A stretch of 64,000 bases of DNA from Candidatus Multivorans sp. (GTDB lineage Bacteria; Acidobacteriota; Thermoanaerobaculia; Multivoradales; Multivoraceae), in the NCBI GenBank assembly GCA_965224025.1, contig OZ245033.1, positions 4,928,001-4,992,000 on the forward strand, written 5' to 3'. Position numbers and translations under genes: made by a program. This document shows, one piece after another, positions 50,060-60,066 of the stretch. Below the pieces are notes generated by a model. That model was given only the letters and a program-made list of their open reading frames with translations. It was not told the origin of the DNA and did not search any database. Position 1 is the first letter of the stretch. Every line of letters begins with the position of its first letter.

Positions 50060-51589
50060 TCAGCCATCCTCCTCCACCGTCAGCCGGTAGTTCGCGGCGG
50101 CCAGAAACTTCGCCTCCTGACGGAGGTCGGCTCGCGTCAACGGCGACGTTTCGAGCCACGCCTTCGGCAGCACGAGCCTCAGATCGCGGCCATCGACGTC
50201 AAGCCCGACCGCCAGAGGTTCCGGTCGACGGCTCCTGTGCAGGACCACCGCCAAGCGCAACAGAACGGCAACGCGGCGCGCCGGTTGCCGCCAGGCCGAG
50301 GGTAGCCGATCGAAGATCTGGCGCGGGAACTTGCGCCGGTGGCTCCGCACCAGCGACGCGAGAGCCAGGTGCTCCTGGAGCGAAAAACCGTGCATTTCCG
50401 CGTTCTCCACGATGTAGGCGCCGTGCTTGTGGAAGCCGGCGTGGTTGATGTCGAGGCCAACCTCGTGCAACTGGGCCCCCCAGGAGAGCATGAGCCAGGG
50501 AAGTTCTCCCGCGAGGTTCCACGGCTCCGCGCACTGTTCGAGAAGCCGTAGCGCGGTCTCGCGCACGCGCTCGGCCTGGTCCGGCTGCACATGGTAGCGG
50601 CGGGCCATCGACTCGACCGCCGCGTGCCGCGTGTCCTCGTGGTGCAGCCGGCCGAGCAGGTCGTACAGAGCACCTTCCCGCAAGGCACCGCCCGCGACCC
50701 GCATGCGCTCGATGCCGAGCGCCTTGAACACCGCCAGCAGCACGGCGACGCCGCCGGCGAATACGGGCGCCCTGCCCTCGCTCAGGCCCTTGACGCCACC
50801 GCCCATGGTGCTGCCGCGTTCCACCAGCAGTTCGCGAAGGCGGAGCAGCGCCTCCAGGGTAATGCCGTGCTCGCACCACCCCGCGGCTCGCACTACTTCC
50901 GCCACCGAACGGACCGTGCCCGACGAACCGACGGCCACCGTCCAGCCGGCCCCGGCGCGGAAGCGGCGCTCGATCGGTTCCAGCTCCTGTAACGCCGCGA
51001 TCTCGGCCCGCTGCCAGCGCTTCTCCTTCACCCGGCCATTCGGGAAGTGGCGCAAGCTGAAGCTCACGCAGCCCATGTACAGGCTCTCCAGATCGAGCGG
51101 CCGCGAGCCCTCGCCGATGATCAGTTCCGTCGACCCGCCGCCGATGTCGACGGCCAGGCGCCGTTCGTCGCCGGCAAGACTCCTCGACACGCCGAGGTAG
51201 ATCAGCCGCGCTTCCTCGAGACCCGAGACGATCTCCACCGGAAGGCCCAGCGATCGTTGCGCCGCTTCCAGCAGGTCGCGGGCGTTTCGCGCCTGGCGCA
51301 GCGTGTTCGTGCCCACGACGCGGACCGTCCCCGGCGGAAAGGCCCGCACGCGCTCACCGAATCGACCGAGACACTCGAGCGCCCGGGCCACCGCCTCCGG
51401 AGTCAGGCGTTTGCGTTCGTCGAGCCCGGCGGCAAGCCGGACGAACTCCTTCCGGCGGTCGACGAACACGAGTTGGCCGTCCCGAACCTCCGCCACCACC
51501 AGGTGGAAACTGTTCGAGCCGAGGTCGGCGGCGGCGACCACCTCCGTGTCGGCCTGTGGTCGCCCTGACTGGGACCCGGAATCGTCCAT
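50060..51589 (-). CDS. ppx: Exopolyphosphatase / Ppx-GppA
   Basis: DLGSNSFH, TNTLR, EEARLIY, DIGGGSTE, ALREG and LHEVG motifs. Confidence 0.93.
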   Translation of the reverse strand: MDDSGSQSGRPQADTEVVAAADLGSNSFHLVVAEVRDGQLVFVDRRKEFVRLAAGLDERKRLTPEAVARALECLGRFGERVRAFPPGTVRVVGTNTLRQARNARDLLEAAQRSLGLPVEIVSGLEEARLIYLGVSRSLAGDERRLAVDIGGGSTELIIGEGSRPLDLESLYMGCVSFSLRHFPNGRVKEKRWQRAEIAALQELEPIERRFRAGAGWTVAVGSSGTVRSVAEVVRAAGWCEHGITLEALLRLRELLVERGSTMGGGVKGLSEGRAPVFAGGVAVLLAVFKALGIERMRVAGGALREGALYDLLGRLHHEDTRHAAVESMARRYHVQPDQAERVRETALRLLEQCAEPWNLAGELPWLMLSWGAQLHEVGLDINHAGFHKHGAYIVENAEMHGFSLQEHLALASLVRSHRRKFPRQIFDRLPSAWRQPARRVAVLLRLAVVLHRSRRPEPLAVGLDVDGRDLRLVLPKAWLETSPLTRADLRQEAKFLAAANYRLTVEEDG

Positions 51590-51615
51590 CGGGCGCCAAG
51601 TATGATCGCCCGGCC

Positions 51616-52656
51616 ATGAACGCCCCGGTCGATCTCCGCTCCGACACGATGACCCGGCCGTCGCCGGCCATGCGCAGGGCGATGGCCGCGGCGGAAGTCG
51701 GCGACGACGTGTTTCGCGAGGACCCGACGGTCAACCGGCTGCAGGAGCGCGTCGCGGACCTGCTCGGTCGGGAGGCGGCCCTCTTCGTCCCTTCCGGCAC
51801 CCAGGGCAACCTGTCCTGCCTGCTGGCGCACGAGCTGCCGCGCGGCAGCGAGGTCCTGCTCGAGGCGAACGCGCACATCATCAACCACGAGATGAACGGG
51901 ATCACCGGAGTCGCCGGCCTGCTGCCGCGCGCTGTTGCGGCGGCGGCCGACGGCACTCTTCTACCCGCCGAGGTCGAGGCCGCGATCGCGCCGGACGACC
52001 CCACCCTGGCCTCGACGCGCCTCCTCTGCCTGGAGAACAGTTGCAACCAGGCCGGCGGCACGATCTACGAACGGGACCGCACCCAAGCCCTCTGCGACAC
52101 CGCCCACAGCCGCGGTCTGCGGGTCCACCTCGACGGCGCCCGGCTGTTCAACGCCGCGACCGCGCTCGCCTGCACCCCGGCCGAAGCCGCCGGACCGGTC
52201 GACTCCCTGTCCTTCTGCTTCTCGAAGGGGTTGGGCGCGCCGGTCGGGTCCATCGTGGTCGGTTCCCGCGACTTCGTCCGGAACGTCCGGCGCTACCGGC
52301 AGATGTGCGGCGGTCAGATGCGCCAGGTCGGCGTCCTCGCGGCGGCGGCCGAGGTAGCCCTCGACGAGAGCCCTCCCCTGCTCGTCCAGGATCACGAGAA
52401 CGCCCGCCTGCTCGCGGACACCCTGAAGGACCTTCCCGGCGTCGTCCTGATCGCCGAGCAGCGCACGAACATCCTCATCTTCTCGGTCGAGGGCACGGGC
52501 CGCGGCGCCGAGGAATTCCTTGAGGCTCTGGAACGCGAGGACGTGCTTTGCCTGGCGATCAGCCCGACCCACATCCGCCTGGTGACGCACCGCGACGTGA
52601 GCCCCGAGCAGACGGCGCAGGCGGCCGAGGCCCTGGTCCGGGTATTCGGTGGCTGA
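51616..52656 (+). CDS. ltaE: Low-specificity L-threonine aldolase
   Basis: DLRSDT, SGTQGN, HLDGARLFNA, SKGLGAP and MRQVG motifs. Confidence 0.93.
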   Translation: MNAPVDLRSDTMTRPSPAMRRAMAAAEVGDDVFREDPTVNRLQERVADLLGREAALFVPSGTQGNLSCLLAHELPRGSEVLLEANAHIINHEMNGITGVAGLLPRAVAAAADGTLLPAEVEAAIAPDDPTLASTRLLCLENSCNQAGGTIYERDRTQALCDTAHSRGLRVHLDGARLFNAATALACTPAEAAGPVDSLSFCFSKGLGAPVGSIVVGSRDFVRNVRRYRQMCGGQMRQVGVLAAAAEVALDESPPLLVQDHENARLLADTLKDLPGVVLIAEQRTNILIFSVEGTGRGAEEFLEALEREDVLCLAISPTHIRLVTHRDVSPEQTAQAAEALVRVFGG

Positions 52657-52662
52657 AAGACC

Positions 52663-53472
52663 TTAGGAAGAAGCGAGAGGTTCGAAGTCAAAGACGGTCG
52701 ACGCGGCGCCGGGCAGAGGCACCGCCTCGACGCGGAACACGCACCGCACAAGCTCCGGGGCCAGGACCTCGGAGGGCGGGCCCTCCGCGACCAGGGCGCC
52801 GCCGTCGAGCACGGCCACCCGATCGGCAAAGCGGGCGGCGGCGTTCAGGTCGTGCAGAACGAGCACCACCGAGCGTCCCTCGTTGACCAGCCGGCGGGCG
52901 AGACCCAGGAGGTCCAGGCCGTGGGCCAGGTCGAGGTTCGACGTCGGTTCGTCGAGCAGCAGGACTTCCGCTTCGGTGGCCAGGCAGCGAGCCATCAACA
53001 CGCGTTGCAACTCGCCGCCGGAGAGCGTCGTCACCCTGCGATCCGCGAGCGCCAGCACGTCCGTGTCGTCCAGGCAGCGGTCGATCCAGCCACGATCGGC
53101 CGAACGCGTGCCGAAGAGCCGGCTCTCGTGCGGGTACCGGCCCAGGGTGACGAACTCGCGCACCGTGAACTCGAACGACGGACGCACCGACTGCGGCACG
53201 TACGCCACCCGCCGCGCCGCCTGCCGGCGCGGCAGCGCGGCGAGATCGAATCCTCCCAGCAGCACCTGACCCTCGGTCAATCGCCAGGTGCCGGAGAGCA
53301 GCCGCAGCAGGGTCGACTTGCCGGCCCCGTTCGGACCCACCACCGACGTCAGCATCGACGGCTCGATGACGAGGTCGACGCCTCGCAGCAGCCAGCGACC
53401 CCGCCGTTCGACGCCACCGCCCACGAGTTCCAACCGCGGCGCCCTGAGCGCCGGTGCCGATGTCGCCGTCAC
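52663..53472 (-). CDS. Iron-chelate/cobalamin ABC transporter ATPase
   Basis: GPNGAGKST, LSGGE, LLDEPT and LHDLN motifs. Confidence 0.92.
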   Translation of the reverse strand: MTATSAPALRAPRLELVGGGVERRGRWLLRGVDLVIEPSMLTSVVGPNGAGKSTLLRLLSGTWRLTEGQVLLGGFDLAALPRRQAARRVAYVPQSVRPSFEFTVREFVTLGRYPHESRLFGTRSADRGWIDRCLDDTDVLALADRRVTTLSGGELQRVLMARCLATEAEVLLLDEPTSNLDLAHGLDLLGLARRLVNEGRSVVLVLHDLNAAARFADRVAVLDGGALVAEGPPSEVLAPELVRCVFRVEAVPLPGAASTVFDFEPLASS

Positions 53473-54527
53473 CGCGACACCGCCACTTCCTTCTCATGAC
53501 GCACCAGCAGGTAGAGGAAGAAGGGAGCGCCGACGAAGGCCGTGACCACGCCCAGGTGGACCTCCTTGGGCGCCGCCAGCGTCCGCGCCAGGAGATCCGC
53601 GCCGACCACGAACCACGCGCCGGTCAGGAACGCGGCCGGCAGCAGGCGGCGATGGACCGGTCCCAGCAGCAGGCGTACGAGGTGCGGCACGACGAGCCCG
53701 ACGAAGCCGACGACGCCGCTGACCGCGACGGCGCTGCCGGTCAGAATGGCCGCACTCCACAGCACGGCTCTCTTCGCCCGCTCGATATCGACCCCGAGGG
53801 ACGCCGCCACCTCCTCCCCTTCAAGCAGCAGGTCCAGGTCGCGCGCAAACCAGGCCGCCACAAGGCAGCCCACGGCCATCCCCGGCAACAGCATGCCGGC
53901 GTGTCCCCAGTCCCTATCCGTCACGCCGCCCATCATCCAGAAGGCGATCTGGCGCGCCGCCTCGTACTGTTCCCACGACCGGGCGATGAGCCACGAGTTG
54001 ACCGCGGCGAGCAGGGCGTTGAGCGCCACGCCGGCCAGCAGCAGGGTGGTAACCGGCGTATAGCCGTCGCGGGTGGCGATCCGGGTCACGATCAGCAGCG
54101 ACAGCAGCGCGCCCCCGACAGCGAACAGCGGCGCGGCAAGAAGGAAGGTGCCGGCCAGGCCGAAGGTCAGGGCGAAGACGGCGCCCACCGCAGCACCGGT
54201 GCTCGTGCCGACGATCCCGGGCGATGCGAGGGGATTGCGGAACAGCCCCTGCATCTGGGCGCCGGCGAGCGCCAGGCAACCGCCGACCATCGCCGCCACG
54301 ACCACCCGCGGCGCCCGTAGCGACCACACGATCGTCTCCACCTGCGGATCCACGGGACCGCGATCGCCGGGCAGCAGGTGCCGGGCCAGCACCGCCATGA
54401 CTTCCGCCGGATCGAGAGCGACCGAACCCCGGAACAGGCCGACCGCCGCGAACGTCACCAGCAACACAGCCCCGGCGGCCATGTACCACCAGAATCCGAC
54501 CCGGTGCACCCCGAGAGCCGTCGTCAT
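53469..54527 (-). CDS. FecCD/BtuC-family permease
   Basis: LRAPRV, QGLFRNPLASP and GFVGLVVPH motifs. Confidence 0.93.
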   Translation of the reverse strand: MTTALGVHRVGFWWYMAAGAVLLVTFAAVGLFRGSVALDPAEVMAVLARHLLPGDRGPVDPQVETIVWSLRAPRVVVAAMVGGCLALAGAQMQGLFRNPLASPGIVGTSTGAAVGAVFALTFGLAGTFLLAAPLFAVGGALLSLLIVTRIATRDGYTPVTTLLLAGVALNALLAAVNSWLIARSWEQYEAARQIAFWMMGGVTDRDWGHAGMLLPGMAVGCLVAAWFARDLDLLLEGEEVAASLGVDIERAKRAVLWSAAILTGSAVAVSGVVGFVGLVVPHLVRLLLGPVHRRLLPAAFLTGAWFVVGADLLARTLAAPKEVHLGVVTAFVGAPFFLYLLVRHEKEVAVSR

Positions 54528-54581
54528 GCCGTACCGACCATCCTCATTGCGTACCGACCATCGATGCCGCCCCGATCATCC

Positions 54582-55640
54582 TCATCGAGTGCCAGCCGCC
54601 GCCGGGCTGCGACCCCCCGCGGCTTGCATCCGTTCCGCAGCATCCACCAGCGCGTCCGCGAGCCGGTCAACCAACCCGGCAACGTGGTGCGAGACGGCAG
54701 CCATGTCCCGACCGTCGAGGGCCACGACGTTGCCCAGCCCGGCAGCCCGAGTGCCGTCCGGGACACCCACCGCCGCGACGTCGGCGACATACGAGTCAGT
54801 GAAGATCACGTCCGGGTTCCAGAGTACGACCTGTTCGGCGCTGATCCGCGGCCAGCCGACAAGGCCTTTCTCGGCGGCGAGGTTCACTGCACCCAGGTAG
54901 CGAATGGCGTCGTCGAACACGGTCCGTCCACCCAGCACCACGCCACCGCTGTAGTGGACGACTCGCAAACCCGCGATCCGGGCGCCCGCCCGCGCCCGCG
55001 CCGCCTCCAGCCGGGCCCGCATCGACTCCACAAGCCGCTCCGCCTCGCGCTCACGGCCGATCGCGAAGCCCACGACCCGGATGTTGTTTTCGATTGCCGC
55101 CAGGCTCTCGTGGTCGAGCAGGACGAGCACGGGCACACCCGCCGCCTCCAACTGGGCGAGCGTCTCCTGGGTGTTGAAGCCGGCCGCGAACACCAGGTCG
55201 GGCGAAACCGCCAGGATCTCCTCCGTGCTGAACCCGCCCACACGCCCCACGCGTCGCGCCGCTTCCGCACTGGGACTGAACGCCGGATCGCCGGCAAAGG
55301 GCGACAGCAGGGCGATCCGTTCGGGCTCGGATATCTCCAGCAGGATCTCGTCCGTTGCCAAGGTCCGGGACGCGATCCGCTCGGGCGGCCCCGGCAACCG
55401 CACCACCCGACCGCCGCAGCGGATCTCGCGCCAGACGCCGTCGCCGCCCGGTTCGACGAGTTCCAGCTCGACGCCAGCCACGCCGTCCAGGTACTCGGCG
55501 TGCTCGACGCCCAGGGCCGCTACACCCGTGACTCCGGCCGCATCGCCATCGGCCGCATCCCCATCGGAAGGGCCGGTGCACGCACCGACCAGCAACGCAA
55601 GGGCGAACGCACGCAACAGGGGCATCCGAACCCCGATCAT
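54582..55640 (-). CDS. ABC substrate-binding lipoprotein (BtuF/HmuT-like)
   Basis: LVGAC lipobox, PERIAS…DEIL, EEILAVSPDLV and NPDVI. Confidence 0.88.
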   Translation of the reverse strand: MIGVRMPLLRAFALALLVGACTGPSDGDAADGDAAGVTGVAALGVEHAEYLDGVAGVELELVEPGGDGVWREIRCGGRVVRLPGPPERIASRTLATDEILLEISEPERIALLSPFAGDPAFSPSAEAARRVGRVGGFSTEEILAVSPDLVFAAGFNTQETLAQLEAAGVPVLVLLDHESLAAIENNIRVVGFAIGREREAERLVESMRARLEAARARAGARIAGLRVVHYSGGVVLGGRTVFDDAIRYLGAVNLAAEKGLVGWPRISAEQVVLWNPDVIFTDSYVADVAAVGVPDGTRAAGLGNVVALDGRDMAAVSHHVAGLVDRLADALVDAAERMQAAGGRSPAAAGTR

Positions 55641-55727
55641 CCCCGTCTGTCCACGCCGCCGCACAAGTGGCGATCATAGTTATACTGCCGCCCCCATCGG
55701 ATCCAGGAACGTCAGGGAGCAGAGTGC

Positions 55728-56234
55728 ATGAGCATCAAGACCGGGGACGCGGTCCCCGAAGCCAGCTTCAAGCAGATGACATCGGACGGCATCGTCGACA
55801 TTTCGACTCGGGAGTTGTTCGAGGGCAAGAAGGTGGTCCTGTTCGCCGTGCCCGGCGCGCTGACGCCGACCTGTTCCGAGGTTCACATGCCCAGCTTCGT
55901 CGAACACCTGGAGACGATCAAGGCCAAGGACGTCGACACGGTGGCCTGCGTCGCGGTCAACGATGTCTTCGTGATCAACGAATGGCGCAAGGCGCGGAGC
56001 ATTCCCGACGACATCCTGCTGCTGTCCGACGGCAACGGCGAGTTCACGGCCAAGGTCGGACTGGAACTCGACGCCTCGCGCTTCGGCATGGGCACGAGGT
56101 CCCGACGCTACGCCGCGGTCGTCGACGACGGCGTGGTGCAGTACCTCGGCGTGGAGCCGGCGGGTCAGGTCGGCGTGAGCGGGGCCGAAGCGGTACTGGA
56201 GGAACTCGGGTGGCGCGTTCCGCGTCAGCCGTGA
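55728..56234 (+). CDS. Peroxiredoxin (Prx5 type)
   Basis: [25 protein letters not shown] and RSRRYA motifs. Confidence 0.92.
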   Translation: MSIKTGDAVPEASFKQMTSDGIVDISTRELFEGKKVVLFAVPGALTPTCSEVHMPSFVEHLETIKAKDVDTVACVAVNDVFVINEWRKARSIPDDILLLSDGNGEFTAKVGLELDASRFGMGTRSRRYAAVVDDGVVQYLGVEPAGQVGVSGAEAVLEELGWRVPRQP

Positions 56235-56262
56235 ACCAGTCCATGCGCCCGTCATCGGGCGC

Positions 56263-57270
56263 ATGGATGACACTCGGCTGATCCAACCTGGCTATCCCTG
56301 GCCCGGGGGTCTCTTGACCAACCACAAGGTCGACTCTCTCACCGACTCGATCTACGTCACCTTCGACGAGGAGGCGTGGGGGCGTCTCCGTGCCGACACC
56401 CCGAATCCGCTGTCCGAGGGCGAACTGGAGCGGCTGCGCGGCATCAACGAGAACGTGTCGCTGGAGGAGGTGGCGCAGATCTTTCTGCCGATGTCCCGGC
56501 TCCTGAATCTCTATGTCGGCGGCACCCAGGACCTCTACCGGGCCAGCACGACCTTCCTCGGCGGTCTGGCGCCCAAGGTGCCGTACATCATCGGCATCGG
56601 CGGCAGCGTCGCGGTGGGCAAGAGCACCACCGGCCGCATCCTGCGCGAGCTGCTCGCGCGTTGGCCCAATCATCCCCAGGTCGACCTGGTGACCACCGAC
56701 GGCTTCCTCCACCCCAACGCCGTCCTGGAGGAGCGGGGGCTCATGGAGCGCAAGGGCTTTCCCGAGAGCTTCGACATTCGCACCCTGGTCAACTTCGTCC
56801 TCCAGGTGAAGTCGGGCGAGCGGCGGGTCGAGCACCCGGTCTACTCGCACCACTCCTACGACATCCTGCCCGGCGCCACCGAGGTCGTCGATCAGCCGGA
56901 CATCCTGATTCTGGAGGGCTTGAACGTGCTCCAGGCACGGTCGCAGGCGCCCAGGAGCAGCCGGCTGATGCTCTCCGACCTGTTCGACTTCTCGATCTAC
57001 GTGGACGCCGAGACCGAGGTGGTCGAACGTTGGTACGTGGAGCGCTTCCTGACCTTCAGGGGTACCGCATTCAAGGACCCCGACGCCTACTTCCACCGCT
57101 ACGCGAGCCTGAGCGAAAAGGACGCCATCGAGACGGCGCGCGGCATCTGGAAGGCGATCAACGAGCCGAACCTGACCCAGAACATCCTGCCGACCCGCGA
57201 GCGGGCCGATCTGATCCTCGAGAAGGCGTCCGACCACGCGGTGCGTCGGGTGCGGCTGCGAAAACTGTAG
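56263..57270 (+). CDS. coaA: Type I pantothenate kinase
   Basis: [27 protein letters not shown] and NILPTRERA motifs. Confidence 0.95.
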   Translation: MDDTRLIQPGYPWPGGLLTNHKVDSLTDSIYVTFDEEAWGRLRADTPNPLSEGELERLRGINENVSLEEVAQIFLPMSRLLNLYVGGTQDLYRASTTFLGGLAPKVPYIIGIGGSVAVGKSTTGRILRELLARWPNHPQVDLVTTDGFLHPNAVLEERGLMERKGFPESFDIRTLVNFVLQVKSGERRVEHPVYSHHSYDILPGATEVVDQPDILILEGLNVLQARSQAPRSSRLMLSDLFDFSIYVDAETEVVERWYVERFLTFRGTAFKDPDAYFHRYASLSEKDAIETARGIWKAINEPNLTQNILPTRERADLILEKASDHAVRRVRLRKL

Positions 57271-57274
57271 CTGG

Positions 57275-58843
57275 CTACGGCGCCTGCCAGTTCGGGTTTC
57301 CCAAAGCGCCGGACTCGTCGAGGAGTTCGTCCAGGCGCCCGGACAGGCGGTCGAACAGCTCCTTGAGTGCCAGCACCTCGGCTGCGTCTTCGCCGTCCTG
57401 GCTCCGCGCGTTCCTGGCCGCGACCGCCAGTCGCGTCTCGACGTTGCCGGCGCCGTGGCGGGTGATGAAGTCGCCAAGCAGGTTGTTTCTCTCCGCCGGG
57501 TCGGCCTCCAGGTCGTAGAGCTCGTAGCGGTCCCAAACGCCGTGGAATCGCATCAACTTGTAGCGGTCCGTGCGCACACCCAGCACGGTCGGCGTCTGCG
57601 GGAAGGACCGTTCCCAGAAGTACTCGTAGAGGAAGGCGTCGCGCCACGGCGACGCATTGGTCCGGTCGCCTTCGATCAGTCCCAGGAAGGAGCGCCCCTG
57701 GACGGTTGACGGGATCTCGAGTCCCGCGGCCTCCAGGAAGGTCGGCGCGAAGTCCAGGTTGACGATGAGTTCCGGGCGCCGCAAACCCCCGGCGCCGCCC
57801 TCGAACCCCGGCGCCAGGACGACCAGCGGTACGCGGATCGACGCCTCGTACATCGTCCGTTTGTCGATCAGGCCGTGCTCGCCGAACTGGAAGCCGTTGT
57901 CGGAGGTGAACACGAGCAGCGTCCGTTCCAGATGCCCCTGCTGTTCCAGGGCGCCTACGATCCGCCCGACACTGTCATCGACCGCGCGCATGGTCTCCGC
58001 GTAGTCCAGCGCGAACTGCTGGAAGTCGACCCGGTTGTCGTACAGGCCGTCGACGCCGTGCCAACTCCGACGCTGCGCCTCGACCCAGTTCGGCTTGCCC
58101 TCGTAGTTGTCATGCCGGTTCGCCATCGTCGGCGGAGGTGGATACCGCCGATCGGCGTAGCTCCCGAGGTGGCGTTCCGCGGGCCGGAAGGGCGAGTGAA
58201 CGGCCTTGTGCGACACGTAGAGCAGGAAGGGCTCATCCGCCCCCTCGCGGGCGGCCAGGAAGTCCAGCGCGTAGTCGGTGATCAGGTCCGTGGTGTAGCC
58301 CTGGCGCGGCACCCGTTCGCCGTCGATGTTGAAGGTCTGGTTGTAGTAGAGGCCCTGACCCGGAAACGAGACCCAGCGGTCGAATCCCGGCCGCGGCTCG
58401 TCGGAGCTGCCTCCCATGTGCCACTTGCCGACGAAGGCGGTCCGGTAGCCGGCGCCCTGGAGTTCCTGCGGGAAGGTCGGCGTCGACGGATCGAGGCGAG
58501 TGCGGTTGTCGAGCACACCGTGCCGATGGGCGTACTGCCCGGTGAGGATCGACGCCCGGCTCGGCGAGCAGAGCGACGTGGTCACGAAGGCGTTCTCGAA
58601 CAGCACCCCGCGTTCGATCAGCCGATCGAGGTGCGGAGTCTCGAGGAACGGGTGTCCGAGCGCGGAAGCGGCGTCGAAGCGCTGGTCGTCGATCAGGATG
58701 AAGACGATGTTCGGGCGCTCGTCGGCGAGCCCCGGAGCGGCCGCCATCAGAGTCAACCCGCACGCCGCCAGCAGGCGCACGCCAAGGCGTCCGGTCCTTC
58801 GCCACCGTCCCGGTTCCCTGTTCGTCATCTCAGCTCCCGTCAT
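57275..58843 (-). CDS. Sulfatase (Cys-type)
   Basis: PNIVFILIDD, CSPSRASILTG, GKWH and SDNG motifs. Confidence 0.93.
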   Translation of the reverse strand: MTGAEMTNREPGRWRRTGRLGVRLLAACGLTLMAAAPGLADERPNIVFILIDDQRFDAASALGHPFLETPHLDRLIERGVLFENAFVTTSLCSPSRASILTGQYAHRHGVLDNRTRLDPSTPTFPQELQGAGYRTAFVGKWHMGGSSDEPRPGFDRWVSFPGQGLYYNQTFNIDGERVPRQGYTTDLITDYALDFLAAREGADEPFLLYVSHKAVHSPFRPAERHLGSYADRRYPPPPTMANRHDNYEGKPNWVEAQRRSWHGVDGLYDNRVDFQQFALDYAETMRAVDDSVGRIVGALEQQGHLERTLLVFTSDNGFQFGEHGLIDKRTMYEASIRVPLVVLAPGFEGGAGGLRRPELIVNLDFAPTFLEAAGLEIPSTVQGRSFLGLIEGDRTNASPWRDAFLYEYFWERSFPQTPTVLGVRTDRYKLMRFHGVWDRYELYDLEADPAERNNLLGDFITRHGAGNVETRLAVAARNARSQDGEDAAEVLALKELFDRLSGRLDELLDESGALGNPNWQAP

Positions 58844-59769
58844 CTCAATTCTGCTGGGGGAAGTTCGCCCAGACCGACCGCCGCCAGTTCCCCGGGCTCG
58901 TAGTTCCAGCGCCGGTAGTTCCACATCCACTGCTCGGGCTGCGCCCGCACTCTCCGTTCGATCGCCCCGGCGATGCGCTGCGACAGCTCGACCGCGTCCC
59001 GCGTCCCGCCCGGAGAGCGGAGGATCTCACTCTCCAGCCGGTACGAGAAGGGGCCCTCGCGGACACAGAACGCCGCGACCAGGGGACAGTCGCGCTTGGC
59101 CGCCAGCGCCGCCGGGCCACCGACGAACTCCGTGCGGCGGCCCAGGAAAGAGACCTCCGGACCGCGCCGCTGGTCGGGCCGCTGATCGACCACCATGATC
59201 AGCGTCTCCTTCCGCTTGAGGCAGCTCAGCATGTCGCGCAGGAGAGAGGCACGCCCGCTCCAGATCACCCGAACCCCCGCCCGCGCCCGCATCCGCTCGA
59301 CAAAGAGCGACGTTGCCGCGGAACGCGCGGGCTTGGCGACCGCGCACACCGGAGAGGCGGCCGTGCGTACGATGCTCTGAGCCAGCAGTTCCCAGGCGCC
59401 TAGGTGGGCCGTGACCAGCACCTGGCCGCGGCCGCAACCCTCGACCTCTTCCATCAACCGCTGCAGGTCGCCGAAACCCTCCATTGCCCCTACGTCGAGC
59501 CGCTTCTGGTCGAAGCTGATCCGCACTGTCTCGAGCGCCGCCACGATCTGGTGCCGCACGCAGCGCCACTCCAGGTCGCGCGCCTCCGGCGACCCCGGAG
59601 GCAAGCCCACGACGACCGCCAGGTTCCGCCGCATCAACCGCACGTCGCGCGGCGTGACCCAGCGGCAAAGGGCCAGCAGCCCCGCCAGCGGGCCGAAGGC
59701 TGCAGCCGGCAGCAGGCGCAACAGCCACGAGGCGGCTAAGAGGAAGACTCCCATGGAGCGGTTGGACAT
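58840..59769 (-). CDS. Lipid A biosynthesis acyltransferase (LpxL/HtrB family)
   Basis: TAHLGAWE, VDQ, FLG and PEQWMWNYRRW motifs. Confidence 0.88.
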   Translation of the reverse strand: MSNRSMGVFLLAASWLLRLLPAAAFGPLAGLLALCRWVTPRDVRLMRRNLAVVVGLPPGSPEARDLEWRCVRHQIVAALETVRISFDQKRLDVGAMEGFGDLQRLMEEVEGCGRGQVLVTAHLGAWELLAQSIVRTAASPVCAVAKPARSAATSLFVERMRARAGVRVIWSGRASLLRDMLSCLKRKETLIMVVDQRPDQRRGPEVSFLGRRTEFVGGPAALAAKRDCPLVAAFCVREGPFSYRLESEILRSPGGTRDAVELSQRIAGAIERRVRAQPEQWMWNYRRWNYEPGELAAVGLGELPPAELR

Positions 59770-59844
59770 CGGGCTGCCAGTCTAGGAGTGTCCGCAGCGT
59801 TGTCGCTGCGCTGTCGCGCAGGGAACAGGCAGCGAGTAGCCAAC

Positions 59845-59873
59845 GTTACAGCGGCGTCGTGGGTTCATAGAGT
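59845..59873 (+). promoter_or_regulatory. Putative sigma70-like promoter for the IS110 ncRNA
   Basis: GTTACA-17 bp-TAGAGT, ending 5 nt before the RNA closing stem. Confidence 0.4.
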
Positions 59874-59878
59874 TGGCC

Positions 59879-60032
59879 GCGCTGGGCAGCGAGGCCGCGC
59901 AGGCACTGGTGTGTTGGCGCCCGACTAGGAGTTTGGCCCGGACCGTGATCGGCGCTCTGACGCTGGCGGCGCGGCTTGTGTCGCGACCCCGTATGCAAGA
60001 TTGAGCTTTTCGCCGCGGTCTCTGCCCAGCGC
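59879..60032 (+). ncRNA. Putative IS110 bridge RNA
   Basis: Closing stem gcgctgggcag (59879-59889) / ctgcccagcgc (60022-60032). Internal ctaggagt (59925-59932) and atgcaaga (59993-60000) match the left and right element junctions. Confidence 0.68.
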
Positions 60033-60066
60033 GACGATTGGATTCCACATCTACGGGAGGCAGGGG

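Noticed and set aside
54531-54562. Direct repeat gtaccgaccatc x2 before the permease start
   Set aside because: Only 12 bp. Likely a local duplication, with no evidence of a regulatory role.
60015-60022. gcggtctc as right target guide (complement of GAGACTGC with one wobble)
   Set aside because: It lies within the predicted closing stem, so the match may be coincidental.
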